Assembly: GCF_963921235.1 (NCBI RefSeq)
Contig: NC_086097.1
Coordinates: forward strand, 89,158,001-89,222,000
Source of the DNA: Mobula hypostoma
Taxonomy: Eukaryota
DNA length: 64,000 nt
Reading direction: 5' to 3'
The position numbers and the translations under genes were made by a program. Below are positions 36,435-47,409 of the stretch, one piece after another. The notes beneath the pieces were generated by a model that worked only from the letters and a program-made list of their open reading frames with translations, did no database searches and was not told the origin of the DNA. The stretch's first letter is position 1; each line of letters begins with the position of its first letter.

Positions 36435-37396
36435 AGGCTGATTTATATTTGTGCGTACTAGCTTACGCCGTAGCCTACGCAAGTGGGCTACGCCATTGTG
36501 AGCATTTATACTTGTACGTTGGTGTGTCTGCATTGCTCTGCAATTCACCGCCAAAACGCTAGTTGGTGGTGGGGTTTCTGTGCCACTGTGTTGAGTTTCT
36601 TCATATCGAAACTCAACACGAAGAAACTCAAACTTCAAATAATGGCGACTGAAATTGAGAGAGGGTGAATTTTCTCTATGTACAGTGTAGTGTCACTTTA
36701 CAGAATCGGGAATTTTGAGCCAAAATCGATTTGTCGAAAAAAAAATCAGCACGTACAAGCATGCGCACACACCTGCCCTTGCAAGGCTTCGTGGTCATGG
36801 TAGTCTTTCTCGGGGAGAACAAGTTTAAAGCGAGTGTCTTTTTCTGTAAAAGCCAAAATCCTCTTTCGGTTAACGAAAACAGGTACTAATGATTAGTTGC
36901 ATGGTGGGTTTCCTTGGGGTTTTTTTTTTCCATTCTTGTTTCCTTATCGATATATATGGAAAATTAATATATAACTATATTACCTTGTTATTTTATAACT
37001 AACTTACATTGTTCGCATTGTTTTTTTGTATTAGTATTACTTGTATATTTGTATCGTAACAATGTATTGGTTGTTATACGTTTTACCTTTTGTATACTAA
37101 TTCAATAAAAAGATTTAAAAAGGAAGAAAAGGTACTAATGTAGGTCCTTCGTAAAAGCGAAATATGTCCTCCATAATTTTGGAGGTCTGTAAAGCTTTAT
37201 GGAAAGCATTGCAGCCAGAGTTGCTACCAAGTGGACCAATCACAGTTGTTTTGATCTGCGTCGCCACGACGTGCAGTTACGTTTTGGGAGAGGTGCACGT
37301 TAGGCTATGGTGTAGGGTTTGCATAGAGTACAGTGTAGGGTTCGCGGCTATGCTGTACCTACGGCATACATTTGACACACAAGTATAAATCAGCCT
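36435..37396. mobile_element. Non-autonomous PIF/Harbinger-type DNA transposon
   Basis: TIR AGGCTGATTTATATTTGTGCGT versus ACACACAAGTATAAATCAGCCT. 3-bp TSD TCA at 36432-36434 and 37397-37399. Confidence 0.8.
36892..37129 (+). mobile_element. 5'-truncated L1/Tx1-type 3' UTR insertion
   Basis: Flanked by an 11-bp TSD AGGTACTAATG (36881-36891, 37130-37140). T-rich body, AATAAA and an A-rich tail. Confidence 0.8.
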
Positions 37397-37587
37397 TCAC
37401 CGTTCTCAACTCCATTGAACATAGGCCCAGCTTACCTTACCTGTCCTCATGGACAATCCTCAGCCTGTGAATTAATTGAGCAAACTAATGTTTTAAGTTT
37501 TTCTTCATTGCGTATGGAGGCTAAAATTATACCAGGTACTCAGGATCATGCCTCACTAAAGCACTGGGTAGTGATAGAAATTCAAGG

Positions 37588-38590
37588 TTCAAAATTGTTT
37601 GAAGTCATATCCAGTACTCAACTGTAAAGGAGAATGAACATAGATTGATTGTACTTAATACTTTATTGTTGCCAAACAATTAGTACTAGAACGTACAATC
37701 ATCACAGCGATATTTGATATATCTGTAAAGTGATGCTAGGAGCAGGAGTGTCTGAACATAAGTTGACTCTAACAGGAAATGCTAAAGTAGTGGTGGGGGT
37801 GGGGGGTGTGGTAGACAGGTAGGTTAGTGGACGGAGATATTGATCAGATTTTCTGTTTGGGGAAAGTAACTGTTTTTGAGTCTGGTGGTTCTGGTGTAGA
37901 AGCTGCATAGCTGCCGACCTGATGGGAGTGGGGCACACAGTTCATGAACAGGGTGGGTGGAATCCTTCATGATGTTACAGGCTCTTTTCTGGCACCTTTC
38001 TGTATGTATGTCCTTGATGGTAGGTAGGCTGGTGCCGGTGATGCAATGGGCAGTTTAGACTACCCGTTGTGGAGCCTTCCTATCCGTCGTGGTGCATTTT
38101 CCGTAACGTGCAGTGATGTAGCATGTTAGGATGTTCCCCACTGCGCATCTGTGGAAAGACATGAGTATAGATGTGCACTGTCCAGCTTCTTCAGAGGTGT
38201 CGTTGACCTTTCCTGATTGTGCAGGATGTGTTCTGAGACCATGAGACATGGTGCAAGATATACACTCCCTCAGGTTTGGAACTGTTTATTTTTCCACTGC
38301 TGTGCCTCTGATGTAAAAGGGAGTGTGAGGTGCGAGTTCTCCTGAAGTTGATAACCATCCTGTTTGTCTTGTTGACAATGAGGAAGAGATTACTTGGCAC
38401 CAGGCCTCGAGCTCTTCCAGTTCTTCTCTGTAAGACGTCTCATTGTTGTTGATGGGCCCTACCACTGTCGTGTCATCGGTGAACTTAGCTGTGTGATCAC
38501 TCGGCTGTTAGTCCGTGCAGTCACGTATGAGCACAGCGTACGGCAATGGGCTCAGCACAGAGCCCTCGAGGGGCACTCGTATTGAGGATG
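37588..38590 (-). mobile_element. Rex1/Babar-type LINE fragment
   Basis: FHRCAVGNILTCYITARYG motif (ORF 38055-38249). (TTGAA)-type tail near 37590. Similar copy at 41476-42200. Confidence 0.7.
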
Positions 38591-38724
38591 ATGAGGAAAG
38601 AGGGATGGTTGTGCGTCCTGACGGCTAGCACCATTATTAGGTGCCAAAGATGCTGCAGTGTTTCTGCGTTTCACCTTTTAGTAAGACTTCCTTACTCTTG
38701 TACTCCCAACACTCTTAAAATAAA

Positions 38725-39303
38725 TGAAACACCCCAGTTTCCTTGGCTGCGCAAGTCTAGGGAAGACACTCTCAGGTCCCGCCAAACTCATGAGATTGAG
38801 ACGGCTCGTCCCAGCCCAAACCCCGATTTGTGTGGCTGCTGTGTAATTCGCTACCCTTTTACAAATTAGTGCCACAAAATAACAGACAGCACACTACATA
38901 CGAACAAAGGAATTATATTTATGAATCTTAACTAAAGGGTTAGTAAAGAATAACAAAAAAAAGGGCCCATTTTAATTAAACAGTCAAATATTCATAAGTC
39001 GGGGCTCATCTTGAACTTTTCTGTCACTCACGCGCTGGGCCCTGGGTCAGTGTGAATGCCCATACCACCTTCCGAACGTCGCTCGCAATCCATCCTGAAC
39101 AAACGGGTCTCCCACCGGATCGTATGCTACGACATTGTCCCTCACCAAGAAAAACCTCCCACTAATTTGATGGCACACATTCCACATTATCCCTTATCTT
39201 CAACACTAACCCAAACAGGCTGAAACCAGAACAAATGGCTCTTACAGAACTGATAAATGAAATACCTGCAACGTAACAGCGTAGATGTGAACCGGGCATT
39301 ACA
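38725..39303 (-). mobile_element. Probable solo LTR
   Basis: TG...CA ends with an imperfect terminal IR (TGAAACACCC / GGGCATTACA), 579 bp, relatively CpG-rich. Flanks TAAA/AAAA are an imperfect 4-bp TSD. Confidence 0.55.
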
Positions 39304-39374
39304 AAAAGACCAACAATTTGCCTGTATTCCTATTTGCTCACGGCCCACTGTGGTGCTGCTGGTAAACCTGAACC

Positions 39375-40100
39375 AAATTGCAGGAAGAATTCAGTGGGTC
39401 AGGCAGGATTGGCGGAGGCCGAAGGATAGTTGATGTTTCTGGTCGAGAAACTACATCAAGACAAAGTGTAGAAGAGAAATGACCCGTACAAAAGAGAAGT
39501 AAGGAAGGCTTACGGCAAAGGTTGGCAGGCAACAGATGCAGCCTGGTGAGGGGGGAGATGATGGGCAGATTGAGCCACAAGCAACACGCAAGATGCAGGA
39601 GGAGCGTAGTAGGCCGGGCAGCAACTGTGGGGGGAAGGAAATCATTTATATTTCGGATTGAGGCCCTTTATCTGGACTGTAGAAAATATGGATGGTAGGG
39701 GGTGGAGATAACCAGTATCTTTTTTTAAAAAGTGAATGGAAGGAGTGGATCAAGAGCTGACAGGTGATGGGTGGATCCAAGTGAGGGGCATGTGATAGGT
39801 GGGTGGGAATAGCACCAATAGCTGGAGGCAACAAAGGGCTGCAGATGTTGGAGTCTGCTGGAGAGGAGGGTGGAGCATGGGAACAGAAGAAGGGATGAAG
39901 AGAGCAGATGGGAGTAGTGGGGGTGGGAAAAAGTGTAAACTGTGTGTCGGTGCTGGGCAAATGGCTCAGTGAAGAGGTCACCCAGTCTCACTGAGGTAGA
40001 CCGGGCCACATAAGCGCACGGTTCAATAAATGAGGCGAGGAAGGGATATGCATGTGAGTGTCTGCCTCACAAGGGCTGTTTGGACCAACTGCAAGAGGTG
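39375..40100 (-). mobile_element. Decayed Penelope-like fragments (two termini + GIY-YIG piece)
   Basis: RLGDLFTEPFAQH near 39950-39985. Degenerate hammerhead motifs at 39426-39461 and 39643-39680. Confidence 0.65.
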
Positions 40101-41475
40101 TAACAACTGTCCCTACACTTCCTCCCTCAGCATCATCCTAAGATTTATGATCCTTTGAGAGAAAAAATCCTCTACATCTTTATCTTAAGTGAACAACTCC
40201 CTACCCTGAAACTACGCCTTCTAGCTCCAGGTTCCCTTATGAGGGAAACATCCATCAGTAGGGTCCCATCAGAAACTTAATTATTTCAGTAAGTTCATCA
40301 TTCAGTGAGTGTAGTTCAGTTCTTTGTCATGCCTTCATGTCTGGAAGCAAACTGTGAAACTTCTTTGAATTGCTGCTACAAGTGTAATTCTGAGGAAATA
40401 AGGAGATTGCATACATTTCTTCAGATTTAACTCACCTGCACTGTATAGGTGGTGTAAGAATTCCCTATATTTATTCCTCAATCCTTTTGGAAAAGGGCCA
40501 CCATTCCTTTGGCCTTCCTAAATATTGGTTGTACCCACATGCAAACCTTGGGCTTCATATAGGAAGATACAAAGATCCCCCTCTACTGCAGCCGTTTGTC
40601 ATCTCTCTCCATTTTGTGACTGAAACAGCGACTGTACATTTCCTTACATATGCTGCTCGACCCACTGAGCTCTTCCAGCAGGTTGTTTGTTGCTTCAAAT
40701 TCTAGCAACTGCTGTCTTTTGTGTCTCCTTAACCAGTATTATTTTGTTATGATTGTGCGAGTTGGAGCAGGAGTAGGCCATTCAGTCCCTCAAGCCCGTT
40801 CTGATATTTAATAAGATCACGTTTGATATGACTGCGTCTTCAACACTGCATACCTGTCTATCTGGCACTTACTTTCATCCCTTGCCTATCTAAGCCTTAA
40901 CAATATTCAAGGACTCAATCCTTTGCTCTTTAAGGAAGTGAGTTCCAAAAACCCACAACCCTCTGAGATCTTCCTTTCAAAGTGGATAAGCTCCAGTTTC
41001 CCGGGCTGTACAATATTTGCACAATTGCTTAACCAATGAGTGGTGAAATCTGTGCAGAGTTTGGGAGGAAGGTGGGGAGAATTAAACTGGATTTGTGAAG
41101 GATTTGGGTACCTAACAGCTTGATGATCATCGGTAGGCTAAAGATCCTGCTTCTGTGTTTTATGACTATGACAGTCCCTGGATGTAAATGTTCCTTGTGA
41201 CAAATTTAACTGTGCATGATGTGCTCTGGATATTTTTTCCCTATGTGAAGGGAACAATCTGAATATCAGTTGATTTTGTAAACAAATTAACAGATGCTTG
41301 TGAATAAGCTGCAGAGAAATTTGATTCCAGGGTTCAGATTTCTGTGTAACTGGATGGACTCTTGTCTTAATTCAGGAGGAAAACAAAAACAAACTTGGAA
41401 TTCCCAGAGGTTAACCACAAGAAATTGAATGCTGACATTAGGTTGTGGGGAAATCATTTGTGGAGAATTGCAGCT

Positions 41476-42200
41476 TCAATGTTCAAGATTGTTTAATGTA
41501 ATTTGCAGTACACAAATGTAAAAGAGAATGAAATAATTGTTACTCTGGATCCGATGCTGTATCTCTAAATAAATAGATAAGTAATCACAATACGTTAGAG
41601 AACACAATAATGAAAACACAATCAATATACATGCATAAGGTAGCTTATATTCATAAATTGATTGTACGTCCATAAACTGATGCTCGGCGCTTGAGTGTCT
41701 GTACATAAGGTGCCTCTGACAGGAAATTATAAAGTAGTGGTGTTGGGGGGGGGCACGGTGTGGATGGGCGGGTTTGTGGGTGGGGTTGTTGATCAGTTAT
41801 ACTGCTTGGGGAAAGTAACTGCTTTGAGTCTGGTGGTCCTGGCATTGATGCCACATAGCCTCCACTCTGATGAGTGTGAGACAAATGGTCTATGAGCAGT
41901 GCGGGTGGGATCTTCCATGATGTTACTGGCCCTTTTCCAGCACCTTTCTGTACTTATGTCCTTGATGGTGGTTAGGCTGGTGCTAGAAATGTGTTGGGCG
42001 GTTTTGAATACCCGTTGTCGAGCTGCCTTGTCTGGTCCAGTGCAGTTTCCATATCATGCATGTTATGATGCTTTTTACTGCACATCTGTAGAAGGATGTG
42101 AGTATTGATGTCACAGTTCAGCTCTCGTAAGCCTTCTCAGAAAGTAGAGATGTTGTGAGCTGTGCTAATGTGGGACCATGAGAGGTTTTGTAAGATCTGC
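41476..42200 (-). mobile_element. Rex1/Babar-type LINE 3' fragment
   Basis: Collinear similarity to 37588-38230. Confidence 0.7.
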
Positions 42201-42865
42201 ACTCCCAGATGCTTTAATCGGTATTTATGGTCAGAGTGCCTTCATCAAACTAAAGGGTTGTTTATTATTTCTGCTCTTTGATCTGCTTGCTCACTTTTGT
42301 TACTGGCCTCACCTTGGTTGCCAGGGCAATGTCACTGAGGTGCTTTGCATAATTGCAGTGGAAGCCTATCACATATCTAATAATAACCTTCCCCCACTCC
42401 TCTCTCCTTCTTGCTCCCAGGGACAGCCTGAAGAATGGAAACCTTTTAAAAAGTTACTAGTGAAAGATGAGTCACTGGGCTCCCACGGGAGTAGGCGGTT
42501 GGTCCTGATTTGTGATTAATGCTAGTCTTTGATTGGCACAAGAGAAACTAACCCATCCAGTTCAACTTGCACAGGTTGACTGAGTTACCTTGCAACCTGT
42601 CCTGACTTGAGGTGGATCCTGCCTGCTCTTCCAGAGAGTCTGGCTGAATCCTAATAACTTGTGCTGTACTTGTCATGTTTGTCGAAGGCAGGTTAGCTTC
42701 TGTATTAACCTCACCCCGGTCAGGAGAGACTCAGAGAAGGAAGTAGAGAGTCGAGCTGGAGAGGGCGGGGGAGCACGTTTTTTCTTTACAAAAAATACCT
42801 TTTAAACAGGGAGGTATTGACAACCGGCCACAAAAAAACTTGCCTGCCTTTTTATGATGGTGAAC

Positions 42866-43826
42866 GCAGCAGGCCAGGCAGCATCTCTAGGAAGAGGTAC
42901 AGGACTAACTGAAAGAAGAGCTAGTAAGAGATTTGAAAGTGGGAGGGGGAGGGGGAGATCCAAAATGATAGGAGAAGACAGGAGGGGGAGGGATGGAGCC
43001 AAGAACTGGACAGGTGATTGGCAAAAGGGATATGAGAGGATCATGGGACAGGAGGCCCAGGGAGAAAGAAAAGGGGGAGGGTGGAAAAACCCAGAGGATG
43101 GGCAAGGAGTATAGTGAGGGGGACAGAGGAAGAAAAAGGAAAGAGAGATAAAGAACGTGTATAAATAAATAACGAATGGGGTACGAGGGGGAGGTGGGGT
43201 ATTAGCAGAAGTTTGAGAAGTCAGTGTTCATGCCATCAGGTTGGAGGCTACCCAGACGGAATATAAAGTGCTGATCCTTCAACCTGAGTGTGGCTTCATC
43301 TTTACAGTAGAGGAGGCTGTGGATAGACATATCAGAATGCGACGTGGAATTAAAATGTGTGGCCACTGGGAGATCCTGCTTTCTCTGGCGGACAGAGCAT
43401 AGGTGTTCAGTGAAACGATCTCCCAGTCTGCGTTGGGTCTCGCCAATATATAGAAGGCCACATCGGGAGCACTAGACGCAGTATATCACCCCAGCCGACT
43501 CACAGGTGAAGTGTTGCCTCACCTGGAAGGACTGTTTGGGGCCCTGAATGGTGGTGAGGGAGGAAGTGTAAGGGTATGTGTAGCACTTGTTCCGCTTACA
43601 AGGATAAGTGCCAGGAGGGAGATCGGTGGGGAAGGATGGGGGGGACAAATGGACAAGGGAGTTGCGTAGGGAGCGATCTCTCTCCCAGTCTGCGTTGGGT
43701 CTCATCAATATATAGAAGGCCACATCGGGAGCACTGGACGCAGTATATCACCCCAGCCGACTCACAGGTGAAGTGTATGTGTGTTGCTTGAAATTCCAGC
43801 ATCTGCAGATTTCCTTGTGTTTGCCC
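42866..43826 (-). mobile_element. Penelope-like element fragment with GIY-YIG endonuclease
   Basis: PPGTYPCKRNKC..FTCESAGVIYCVQCSRCGLLYIGETQRRLG..HFN (GIY-YIG with Cys motifs). Partial tandem duplication and an inverted terminal piece at 43775-43826. Confidence 0.88.
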
Positions 43827-44716
43827 TTTTATGATGACAGGTTAAACCTCCACCTTGTATTACTGTGAATTTAGCTGCTGCCGACTGGGGTTCCGAGTGC
43901 TCCTGGAACCTGACAGGTCAAATGAAACAGGAGTGTTCAGACTCAGATGATTTACAGTCTGCCAGAAGTCAGCTTGGAACCCATATGCCGAATGGCCTTC
44001 TCCCTGATAAGAGTCCCCCCCGAGGAGGATATCAGACACCCATCTACCAGTATGGGCTTCCTGCTTCCCTCCACGCTGCAGACTTGGTGTCTGCTTGCAG
44101 ATTTTCCTAAACAGAACGGTAGAGGTGTTTTAATTTTGAGGGAAGCTGCAACACCTCCTTTATTTGTCAACCAATCACAGAATATTATGGTTATGGATCC
44201 TGCAAATCCGCCTGAGTAAAGATGAGCGCTGCATAAAGTGCAGTTTAAAAAAAAACTTCGTTGTTACATCATCATGTCAGACCAGCCTCTTAAAATGAAC
44301 CCCAACTCAATGTTGGTGGTTGTGAACGGTGCATGTGTTTCCACCCATTACGTTACCCTCTGGCTTTCTCAAGCCTTGGGCAGTCTAACACTGATTCGGG
44401 TGAGGTCTCCCAGTGATGGATTTGGCACTTACACTTGGCTAGTGGAAAATGTTATGAAGACCCAGTGCTAAATTAATCGTGCTGATTTATTGACTTGCCT
44501 CTTTGCTGCTGTATTCTCTGCACCTTTTCCAGCAAGAGTGAGAAGCCACTGAACTGTCATCTTGACTTTGCTTCAGATATAAAGGTTAAGGGAGCTTTTC
44601 ATTGGTGGTCAATTCTAAGTGTGCTATACTATTTCAAGGTCTCGGAATAAATTCAAGTTGTCTCTGGACTTGCTGGTGCTGCTCAAAGGCTTCAATTCTC
44701 TGTTCTCTCTCCTCAG

Positions 44717-44858
44717 CGGACTAAAAATCGAGATGAAGTGGTGGTTTCAAACCTGAAGGTGGGGGATTACACCTTTCAGCTGACTGTCACAGACACGGCT
44801 GGTCAGAAGACGACGGACAACATGATCATAACTGTCCTCTCGCCAGATCAAACAGTGG
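44717..44858 (+). CDS. SPINT1: SPINT1 exon, PKD-like internal domain C-half
   Basis: Not in the ORF track; translated by hand. Acceptor TTCTCTCTCCTCAG|, donor TGG|GTAAGC. RTKNRDEVVVSNLKVGDYTFQLTVTDTAGQKTTDNMIITVLSPDQTV. Phase 0 to 1. Confidence 0.93.
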
Positions 44859-45270
44859 GTAAGCAAGTTCTCGTGGATCCAACGAGGAGCTAGTTCGATT
44901 CTTCCTTTGGCCCTTTATTGTACAAACGTTTGTAGAAAAGTGGAGAGTGCTAAACTTGTATGGACACTGGTGAAACCCTAATGGAAGCACTTCGGTTCTA
45001 GTTCTGTTTAGAAAAGAGCCACAGAAACATGAGGAGAAAGCTACAAAATTGGGATGAATTTGTGAGTGGTTACTTCCCATTAAAAATGGGTGGCTTTTTC
45101 CATTTTGCTCCAAAAAAGGAGAACTGGAAATATGATGACTATTCGAAGGTTAAGTCTAGAACTTGTGAAAGGTGGAAGACGGTCTGGGGGGAATGAGCAG
45201 TAGGGCAGGACTGCAAGGTAGAGCCATAGGAGGAACCAGGTGGGGCAGGTCCGTGGGCAGAGCCAGGATA

Positions 45271-45430
45271 GGAAGTGGGAAGTGTGCAAGGCCATGGGAG
45301 GGAATCAGTGGGAGGCAGGGCTGGGGCTGGGGCCAGGGGAGGAAGTGGGAAGTGTGCAAGGCCATGGGAGGGAATCAGTGGGAGGCAGGGCTGGGGCTGG
45401 GGCCAAGAGAGGAAGTGGGAGCATGGGAGG
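45271..45430. repeat. 70-bp G-rich tandem repeat (2 copies + partial)
   Basis: GGAAGTGGGAAGTGTGCAAGGCCATGGGAGGGAATCAG... at 45271 and 45341, partial at 45411. Confidence 0.9.
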
Positions 45431-45976
45431 GATTGGGGAAAGTGACAGGATTATGGGGGGTGAGGCTATGGAAGTGTAGAGGGCAGGGCAATGGGAGGAT
45501 CTGGGAAGAATGACAGGGCTCTGAAAAAATGGGGATTGCAAGAAGGGGCACATGGAGTTGGAACAATGTAGAGTGGTGGGCCTCAAGGGTTGTGATAGTG
45601 GAAGTGGAGCATTTTACAGCTTGGTGGGGCACTGGGCAGTGGAGGAGACAAGATCAGTGAAGGAGGAGAAAATAATTATACGTTTAATAAATGCAACAGG
45701 ATATTCAGTAGCAGCTACTATACCCAGAGAAAGAAGAAGTGGGTGAATTCAATACCATTGCTACTTTTAACAGAAGATTAGATAAGCATAGGAGGTTTGA
45801 AGCATTAGAAATATATTTTCAGGATGTTGATAAATGAAGAAGCATGGGTAGAGTATTGACATCCAGCTTGCGTTTCCTGGGCAATATGCCCTGTACCATC
45901 GAAACATCTTCTAAGGACTGCCGCTGTTCTCTATTGGTCACTTTTGACCTGTGTGTCTTTCTCCACCCCACTCCAG

Positions 45977-46147
45977 AGTACTGCAATGCTCAGCGTAAAG
46001 TGGGGCCTTGCCGTGGAGCCTTTCCTCGCTGGTATTACGATGCCTACACCAAGTCCTGCAAGAAATTCACTTATGGTGGCTGCAAGGCCAACCAGAACAA
46101 CTTTGTGGACCAGAAGGAGTGCGAACAAGCCTGTGGCGGGGTCAGAG
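45977..46147 (+). CDS. SPINT1: SPINT1 exon, Kunitz domain 1
   Basis: 171-nt phase 1-1 exon. EYCNAQRKVGPCRGAFPRWYYDAYTKSCKKFTYGGCKANQNNFVDQKECEQACGGVR: six Kunitz cysteines, P1 Arg (CRG). Acceptor CTCCAG|, donor GAG|GTCAGT. Confidence 0.96.
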
Positions 46148-46316
46148 GTCAGTAATATTGGGAAAGGCTCATGATTCATGTCCAAGAGTGCAATTTTTTT
46201 TCAGGAACTTGAATAAGGGCTAAATTTGGAATACATTTCCAAAGAAAAGCATTCCCCTGCTAGCAGTCTACCCCCACACCCCGCCAACCTGTACTTGAGC
46301 CACAGGACAACATGTA

Positions 46317-46383
46317 CAGTACTATGCAAAAGTTTTAGACACATATACATAGCTAGGGTGCTTAAGACCTTTGCACAGTACTG
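46317..46383. mobile_element. 67-bp Tc1-type mini inverted-repeat element
   Basis: TA|CAGTACTATGCAAAAGTTTTAGACAC...GTGCTTAAGACCTTTGCACAGTACTG|TA. Another half copy near 46704-46730. Confidence 0.8.
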
Positions 46384-47409
46384 TAGTAATTTTATGTGTT
46401 GCACTGTACTGTTGCCACAAAAAAAACAAATTTTATGACTTGGAGTGGGAAGGGGTCAGGGAGAGGGGAATCATGATTAGGAAAAGGGGAATGGAGAGGG
46501 GAGGGAGCAGGAAGCACCAGAGACAAACCAATTGTTTGGGATCAAATTACCTTGCCTGGTGTCCACACCCATGCTATCCCCCTCCCCAGCACTCCTCGGC
46601 CACCTGTCCCACAACCCTTCCACGGCTCACCACCCTTGCCATTCCCAACATCCTTTGCTCCCCCCAGATTTACAATTTCGCTTTCCACTCCAGGTTTGCA
46701 AATACAGGACTGTGCAAAAGTCTAAGGCGCCCTTTTTTATATAGCCATCAAACACTCCCCATGTGACAGGCCTCCCAATCCCGGAATTATTTTCATGAAC
46801 CTTCTTTGAACCCTCTCCAATGTCAGCACATAGTTTCTCAGATAAGAGTCCCAAATCTGCTCTCAATACTCCAAGTGAGGCCTCATCAGTGTTTTATAAA
46901 GCCTCAATGTTATATCCTTGCATTTATATCCTAGTCCTCTCAAAGTGAATGCTAACATTACATTTGCCTTCTGGAAGAGTGTATATATGTTTGTGTGTAT
47001 GTATGTGTGTGTGTGTGTATATATTATAAAAAATTGGAAAATTGGGTGTTTGCTGACTTCCTGCAATCAGCCCCAAAGATTGGGGGCATCAGCCAGGCTT
47101 TTCTGCTCCAACCCTCTCTGAAAAGAGTGTTCTTGTTGCACTTCATATGAGGAAGATCTAGGCTCACAATATGTGGGATTAGTTGACTGATTTTTGGTGT
47201 GTGCCTGTGTGTGTGTTCAATACTATCTCCAGCAATCAATCGCAAAAAATTAAGGACCATTTGGAAAAAATATATTGACTGATTAATGGTTGAATCTTAT
47301 AACTGACCTTCAGTTTTCTTTTAATCACTTAAATTCTGATTTCAAGTGGATCAGCTCACACCAGTTACAGGTTAAGTACCAAGAGTGCTTCTGGTCTGTC
47401 ACCTGACAA

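Noticed and set aside
38842..39303. Shorter LTR defined by TGTAAT...ATTACA
   Set aside because: No matching flanks. The longer 38725 boundary gives a 10-bp imperfect IR and a near-TSD, though it remains uncertain.
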